A DNA stretch of 64,000 nucleotides from positions 155,565,935 to 155,629,934 of the forward strand of contig NC_068982.1 in the NCBI RefSeq assembly GCF_001194135.2, in the 5' to 3' direction. Numbering within the stretch: position 1 is the first letter of the stretch; each line of letters starts with the position of its first letter. The stretch comes from Octopus bimaculoides (Eukaryota). This document shows, in pieces, positions 58,601 to 64,000 of this stretch. A program made the position numbers and the translations under genes. The notes beneath the pieces were generated by a model. That model was not told the origin of the DNA and made no database searches. It worked only from the letters and a program-made list of their open reading frames with translations.

Positions 58601-61080
58601 TTATGTGGAGATGGAGAACCACTTTAACTGCTTTGTCAACTGAAACAATCTTGTAATCTAGAAGATGGATTTTTGTTTCAGTGACAAAATGTCCAATAGT
58701 TGTTATAAAGATTGTCATAGGAATATTAAATATGAAACATTTTATCAATACAAGGCTTATGTATTGGCAGAATTGCTTCTACATGGTGACTCCATTTCTT
58801 AGAAACAATAGCTATATATGTGTCTCTTAAATATTCCTTAAGACCTTAGGCATTGGATTCTGTAGTCCTATAAATGCCATGTCAGAATGAATGGTAGAAT
58901 GGTAAGCTTGGTCACAGCTCTGGAATGTCTGTGATCATTGGGACTGACTTGAGCTGAACAACAAATCTGATATTGCTTTGCTTTCAGACAACATCTTGTT
59001 TCTTACATCCAGCAAGTAATGAGAAAGCTTCAGGAATATTCCAATAAAATGCTTAATTTCTCAAAGTGACAGTATATATATTTGTACACTGTTGATATTT
59101 ATTTGTTGCTTTTTTTAAGGTGGTGAGCTGGCAGAATCATTAGCATGCTGGGCAGAATGCTTAACAGTATTTTGTCCGTCTGTACATTCTGAGTTCAAAT
59201 TCTGCCAAGGTCCACTTTGCCTTTCATCCTTTCAGTCGATGAAATAAGTACCAGTTGAGCCCTGGGGGTTGATGTAATCAACTTACTACCTCCCCTAAAC
59301 TTGCTGATGTGTCAAAACTTGAAACCAATATTTATTTATTTGTTTGTTTTTATTATGTCAATTTAAAGTCATTTTTTTTTTTTTAATTTTGTTAGATTTC
59401 TGCAGGCTACCATGACTGGTTTACATCCCAATCAACCAGCTAGTGTTAGAATTTCTGCTGTTAGAGCAGTCTTTGGATTTTGTGAACATCTAAAGAACAC
59501 TGGCACCACACAGCTTTTGTTCAACTTCCTCCCAAACATCATGGAAGGTCTTCTCACAATTACAACACAGTTTTCGTCGAATGTTTTAGCACTTACGTTG
59601 GAAACTCTTATACTTGTGTTGGCAGTGAGTACTTTATTATTTAGTCTGTGTTGCTTGAATTGGATTCTAAGTGGTATTAAGGCTTGCTTTTTTTTTTTTA
59701 ATGACTTATGGGAATAAGGGGTCTCTGACTGACAAGAAGGAAGAAGAAATTTCTTCAAACTGGAGTCTTGGCTCAAATGCTTGCAATAGGTTGGGCCCTC
59801 ATAGTGGCACCTATGCAACAGAATATATCTACCACCCCAAAATATGAACAATCCTCCTAACAGGCTTCCACAGTCTGTCTACCAAATTTCAATCAAGGCT
59901 TTGCTCATTTTGAAACTATTGTAAAAATTTGGTCAAGGTGCTCTGCAGTGACATTGAACCCAAAATCACATAGTTGCAAAGTGAACTTCTTAACTACACA
60001 TTCTTGTTTGTGCCCAATTTCAATAAAAAATACAGTTTTAATCTATTTAATTTGCTTGTTCAACCCTATAGAATAAAGTTTGATCTTGGAGATATAACAA
60101 TTAATATAAAATATTTTTAAAAAGGTTATTTTAAAATTATTTTGCTTTCACTGCTTACTCTTATATTTTGATTCCTTTGAAAATTTAACACCTACAAAAA
60201 TAGGAATATTCCATAGATTTTTTAAAACTGGTAAAAGTTCTTAGTGCTTGACATTGAAACAGGCTGTATCCAGTTTCCACTATGATATTACTACAAACTT
60301 TCTGCATCAATGTCTGTTAACACATTGTCTCTTTGCTGTGATTTGGTGAGAGTTTATCTGCCATACAGTGACCAAGAACCTCTCATCAATTGTTTGAGAT
60401 GAACATCAACTACATTAGCACCTGTATGTGGTTAAGCAGTTTACTTAATCTTATGGTTTTAGGTTCAGTCCCACTGTCTGGCAACTTGGACATGTCTTCT
60501 ATTGTAGCGCTGGGTTGACCAATGACTTGAGTGAATTTGGTAGATAGAACCTGAATGAAACTCATTGTGTGTGCGTGTATATTTCTGTGTGAATGTTTAC
60601 AACAAACACTGAGCTGTGGCGTTTAATGACATTTCCTGTCTACATATTAACTGCTTGCCCATTGTTTTAGGATACTTTGGAATAAAAAAGGGAAACTCTT
60701 GACTTGAAAAATATGTTGGTGACAGAAAGAGCATCCAGCTGTAAAAATCATGCCTTTATGTCTAGCACATGCTAGCATGGATTAACAGGCATTAATCAAA
60801 TGAACAAATTCAGAAAAGCAACATGTGGAAGAGATAAATTTATTTAAATTTAAAAATTGCCAAGCAAATACAATTCTGAAAAAAATCATTAATTTAATTT
60901 TGATCATTCCAAATTTTTACCTGGCAAACACTTAGTTTTTCACACAAAACCCATATTCTCTTGTGTTTTCTGTTATACTCAGCTCTGCTTCTCTATTTCA
61001 GATTGATGATAATTTTACAGCTAGTGTAGAGTGTAAAGTCACTCCATTAACCATTGCAGTTTTCCTCAAATATAGTAGTG
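33342..61080 (+). CDS. IPO9: Importin-9, spliced CDS, exons 1-15 (1828 nt coding; gene continues right of the window)
   Basis: Fifteen exons join in phase. Importin-9 motifs [91 protein letters not shown]. Confidence 0.97.
36710..36858 (+). CDS. IPO9: IPO9 exon 2
   Basis: Acceptor ttttcag, [15 protein letters not shown]...PETSEK, donor GTAATT. Confidence 0.95.
39185..39386 (+). CDS. IPO9: IPO9 exon 3
   Basis: Acceptor tttgcag, [10 protein letters not shown]...AMRVLT+G, donor GTAAAA. Confidence 0.96.
40580..41660 (-). mobile_element. Decayed IS630-Tc1-mariner (DDE_3) transposase remnant
   Basis: MDNACIHK...[25 protein letters not shown], plus upstream [11 protein letters not shown] and YTETNYNIW resembling the other catalytic blocks. 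Confidence 0.75.
43115..43203 (+). CDS. IPO9: IPO9 exon 4
   Basis: Acceptor ttttcag, [11 protein letters not shown]...IFVQAD, donor GTAAGT. Confidence 0.95.
44435..45120 (+). mobile_element. RTE LINE 3' fragment with internal deletion
   Basis: [16 protein letters not shown]...CWYGHVMCM followed by 3'UTR repeats and the tail. Confidence 0.8.
45470..45862 (-). mobile_element. Full-length SINE with internal (CA)n
   Basis: Minus strand begins GTGGCTGTGTGGTAAGAAGCTTGCTTCCCAACCACATGGTTCCGGGTTCAGTCCC (B-box-like). Many partial copies in the window. Confidence 0.8.
45933..46019 (+). CDS. IPO9: IPO9 exon 5
   Basis: Acceptor cttttgcag, [17 protein letters not shown]...MDTHK, donor GTAAGA. Confidence 0.94.
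46363..46590 (-). mobile_element. Young tRNA-derived SINE inserted into an older SINE
   Basis: TSD CTTCTTA at 46356-46362 and 46591-46597. Confidence 0.85.
48076..48195 (+). CDS. IPO9: IPO9 exon 6
   Basis: Acceptor ttttgcag, [18 protein letters not shown]...[10 protein letters not shown], donor GTATTT. Followed by a 104-nt intron. Confidence 0.95.
48300..48400 (+). CDS. IPO9: IPO9 exon 7
   Basis: Acceptor tttatacag, [33 protein letters not shown]+TT, donor GTATCCTTT (U12 type). Confidence 0.93.
48715..49910 (+). mobile_element. RTE LINE 3' half inside the U12 intron (end of RT, C4HC3 finger, C-terminus, 3'UTR)
   Basis: [17 protein letters not shown]...[12 protein letters not shown]...[32 protein letters not shown]. 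Confidence 0.85.
50816..51802. other. Assembly gap (N run); other gaps at 22600-22609, 27833-28439, 42149-42295, 46920-46929, 50023-50146 and 52823-53139
   Basis: Direct reading. Confidence 1.
51803..52030 (-). mobile_element. RTE ORF2 C-terminal fragment next to a gap
   Basis: [39 protein letters not shown]. Confidence 0.8.
52421..52479 (+). CDS. IPO9: IPO9 exon 8
   Basis: U12 branch site TCCTTAAC then catttcag, T+[19 protein letters not shown]+G, donor GTAAGT. Confidence 0.93.
54387..54538 (+). CDS. IPO9: IPO9 exon 9
   Basis: Acceptor ttttcatcag, [17 protein letters not shown]...YMQITEDQ, donor GTATGT. Confidence 0.95.
55555..55865 (+). mobile_element. Young RTE 3' fragment
   Basis: Retains CpGs and ends in (GAT)n. 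Confidence 0.75.
56120..56218 (+). CDS. IPO9: IPO9 exon 10
   Basis: Acceptor tttaaatag, [33 protein letters not shown], donor GTTGGT. Confidence 0.95.
56552..56658 (+). CDS. IPO9: IPO9 exon 11
   Basis: Acceptor ttcctttacag, [14 protein letters not shown]...NAGNPN+TG, donor GTAGGA. Confidence 0.92.
57320..57462 (+). CDS. IPO9: IPO9 exon 12
   Basis: Acceptor ttcttacag, G+[15 protein letters not shown]...ILADMAAES+G, donor GTAACT. Confidence 0.94.
57737..57791. repeat. Local tandem duplication of about 30 bp; similar two-copy duplications near 12950-13000, 61240-61296 and 50533-50625
   Basis: ATTTGTAGAAATGTCTGAGGAAAGA occurs twice. Confidence 0.85.
58026..58104 (+). CDS. IPO9: IPO9 exon 13
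   Basis: Acceptor ctctctgtag, [26 protein letters not shown]+AA, donor GTGAGT. Confidence 0.94.
58275..58500 (-). mobile_element. tRNA-derived SINE with 13-bp TSD
   Basis: TSD CTTCTGTATATCT at 58262-58274 and 58501-58513. Confidence 0.85.
59118..59330 (+). mobile_element. tRNA-derived SINE, diverged
   Basis: GGTGGTGAGCTGGCAGAATCATTAGCATGCTGGGC...GAGTTCAAATTCTGCC. Confidence 0.7.
59396..59624 (+). CDS. IPO9: IPO9 exon 14
   Basis: Acceptor ttttgttag, A+[32 protein letters not shown]...ETLILVLA, donor GTGAGT. Confidence 0.94.
61002..61080 (+). CDS. IPO9: IPO9 exon 15
   Basis: Acceptor ctctatttcag, [26 protein letters not shown]+G, donor GTACGT. Confidence 0.93.
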
Positions 61081-62369
61081 GTACGTATTCATTCTTTTTC
61101 CTTGGCTGTTTCTTTTTAATACTTTTTAAAGTTATTATCATCAGGTGTGGCTATATGGTTAAGAAGCTTGCTTGTATATTATACTTAGGCACAAGCCTGG
61201 AGTTCAGTCCCACTGCATGGCAACTGTGTGCTAGTATATCCCCAGGCCAACCCAAATCTTGTGAATGGGCCCCAGGCCAACCCAAATCTTGTGAACAAAA
61301 ACTGAAAGAATTTTGTTGTGTGTACGTGTACCCTTGCTTAGACATCTTGTGATAGTTGTCATACTACAAGTGAGGTTGTTTGTTTCCAATCTTACATGAG
61401 AAGCTAGTCTATCTGTGGGAAAATTTAGAACTGAATTTGTATTTTGTACTTTTTCTATTTAATAATGCAATTTTTACAGGGTCCCAATGGGCTAATTATT
61501 CACTGAATTTCTGACAATAGTGACAAGGGAGTGTTTGTAACTTGATGCAAGAAATTTTGAAAAGCATCAGTTTTCCATTTTTCTCACCAATATATTCCAA
61601 GATATTTGCATGCATGTCTTTCATACGTTCTCTTTCCCCTGCTGACTTTGAGTCGGATGGGATTTTTGGAAGTGTCCCTCTGGACACTAACGCTTTCAAT
61701 TGCCTCCCTTGACTCTTGTGCATGAATATAATATACATAGGGCTTTTTTAGTTTTTGCCTACCAAATTTCTCTCGAAATATATTGAACGACCCAAGGCTA
61801 TAATTGTAAACACTTACTCAAGGGAAGGAATCCAACTCAGCCACATGGTTGCAAAGTGAGTCTCTTACCTACCCAGCCATACCTACAAACATGGTTTGTT
61901 GAAAGTTTGCCATCATTATATAATAACCAGCGCTTGACTATTCTAGAAATAGCAGTTAAATTACTCACAAGTCACATGTTGCTATGTATTGCCAATATTG
62001 CTAAAAAAGCAATACATTCAATATGTACAACCGGAACACTTTTGATTGTAGGTTCGAGGACTGACCTGAAGATAAACAGTAATGTCACACAAGATATTTC
62101 TTTAAAATCAAGAATATATTAACAAATCTTGGTGACTAATTAATTACACTAGAGTTATGTAACATTAATACAATGGCCAAGTAGTCATGGTGCTGGACTA
62201 CAGACCACACCATTTTGAATTCTGTTGCTACTATGTTTGTGTTATCACTGCTTTGGTTTGTTACAATTAAAAAGAAAATCTATTTCACTTGTTGTTTCTT
62301 AGTTGAGTAGTAGTAGTAGGAAGAAAAACATACAGCTGTAAAAATAACAACTCCAATAAACTATTTTGT

Positions 62370-62555
62370 ATTGTGCCGGTGGCACATAAAAGCACCCACT
62401 ACACTCTCGGAGTGGTTGGCGTTAGGAAGGGCATCCAGCTGTAGAAACTCTGCCAAATCAGATTGGAGCCTGGTGTAGCCATCTGGTTCACCAGTCTTCA
62501 GTCAAATCATCCAACCCATGCTAGCATGGAAAGCAGACGATAAACGATGATGATG
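62370..62555 (+). mobile_element. Young RTE 3'-tail insertion
   Basis: Near-identical to 55680-55865 and ends in (GAT)n. Confidence 0.75.
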
Positions 62556-62904
62556 TATATGGAATAAGATTTCTGAGCTAGACACACACTCTGATATTTT
62601 GAGGGTGGGGTGTGACAGGCAGGGCATCCAAACATAGAAAATCTACCTTGACAAATTCCATCTGACCTTTGCAAGCTTGGAAAAGCAGACATTAAATGGT
62701 AACAATGATGATTTTTTTTCAATTTTACAGATATTCTTAAACAATGGAAGTGTCTTAGTTGAAAATCTTGTTTGTCTGTGGTCATTCTGGGGCACAACCT
62801 TGAAGAATATGAGTTGGACGGTGCTTACTCTATTGGTTCTGATTAATGAACTGCTAAGTTATGGGGGATGTAAACACACTAGCACCTCCTGTCAAGCAGT
62901 GGTA

Positions 62905-63810
62905 AGACACACGCATGTTAGCATCTGTTGTCCATGTTGGCATGGATTGGATGGTTTGACCAGGGCTAGAAGGCTGTACCAGACTCCGGTCTGTTTTGGC
63001 ATGGTTTCTATGGCTGGATGCCCTTCCTAATGTCAACCACTCCAAGAGTGTAATGGGTGCTTTTAAGTGTCATTTGCATGACACTGGTATCTGTCACGAC
63101 TGCAGTTTTACTTGGCTTGATGGGTCTTCTTCTCAATCACAGCATAATACCAAATAGACTCAGTCATTGACTTCGTGAGGCTCAACATTTGATGCCCAGC
63201 ATAATGCCAAATGGTTTCGGTTCTTGCCTCTGTGGGGCCCAACGCTTGAAAGGTGCTTTTATGTGCCACTGGCACAGATGCCATTTGCGCAACACCGGTA
63301 TCTGCCACGACTACAATTTTACTTGGCTTGATGGGTCTTCTCAAGCACAACATAATGCCAAAGGTCTTGGTCATTGCCTCTGTGAGACTTGATATTCAAT
63401 TTACCTCCATGACGCTCAGCGCTCAAAAGGTGCTTTTTGTATGCTACCTGCATGGGTGATGGTTACGTGACACCAACATCAGCCACAACTGCGATTTCAC
63501 TTGACAGGTCTTCTCAAGCACAGCATATCACCAAAGCCTCTGTGGACCCAAAGTTCGGAGATCATGCTTCACAAAATCATCCCATTTCCTGGGTCTAGCT
63601 CTACCAAAGCTCCCTCCACAATTAGGAATCAACACTTCTTTACACAGCTGTCCTCATTCATACACATCACATGACCATACAGCGCATTTGTCTCTCTTGC
63701 ACACTTCATCTGATGCCTCTTATGCCTAACTTTACTCTCAAGATGCTTGCATTCTGTAGAACATGCACACTGGCATTGCATATCCAGCAAAGCATGCTGG
63801 CTTCATATTA
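62905..63810 (-). mobile_element. RTE LINE 3' fragment with expanded 3'UTR repeats
   Basis: Reverse complement of the tail, several AAAGGTGCTTTT...GTGCCAC units, and the ORF2 C-terminus. Confidence 0.75.
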
Positions 63811-64000
63811 TATATATTATAAATTTGATGGGCTTCTTTCAGCTTCCAACTACCAAATCCTCATAAGGCTTTACTTGGCTCAAGGCTTTAGTTGATGACT
63901 CTCAAGATTCCATGCAGTGGGACTTAACCTGGAACCATTTGGTTGAGGAGCAAACTTATTACACAGCCATACCTGAGCCTAATAATCTTGACATTATATA

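Noticed and set aside
61496-61738. 80-aa minus-strand ORF with HKSQG (helicase-like) and CHYC
   Set aside because: No further helicase motifs, no splice context, antisense within an intron. Probably chance.
62730-62770. Strong acceptor (ttttttttcaattttacag) as candidate IPO9 exon 16; also the acceptor at 61479
   Set aside because: The required phase-1 frame hits a stop within about 11 codons and lacks convincing importin-9 similarity.

Overview
AT-rich, repeat-dense animal genomic DNA with 7 assembly gaps. The repeat families and proteins suggest an octopus or other coleoid cephalopod (inference). Two housekeeping genes lie head-to-head about 10.2 kb apart. RPN1 (ribophorin I, oligosaccharyltransferase subunit 1) is on the minus strand: coding exons 1-6 span 23093 to 408 and the gene continues left of the window. 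IPO9 (importin-9) is on the plus strand: coding exons 1-15 span 33342 to 61080 and the gene continues right. All 21 exons were placed by hand with GT/AG ends and matching reading phase. IPO9 intron 7 is a U12-type (minor spliceosome) intron. Introns hold RTE and CR1-like LINE remnants, tRNA-derived SINEs, several Tc1/mariner fossils and MITEs. The most unusual part is a 3.2 kb nest of (TA)n-separated elements in the intergenic region (25.8-29.1 kb). It contains one well-formed minimal type I hammerhead ribozyme (28890-28937), two U3-A8 core-variant hammerhead-like motifs, Penelope-like inverted arms and a fold-back inverted duplication. Most ORFs in the supplied track are spurious. Repeat boundaries are approximate and no database search was possible.
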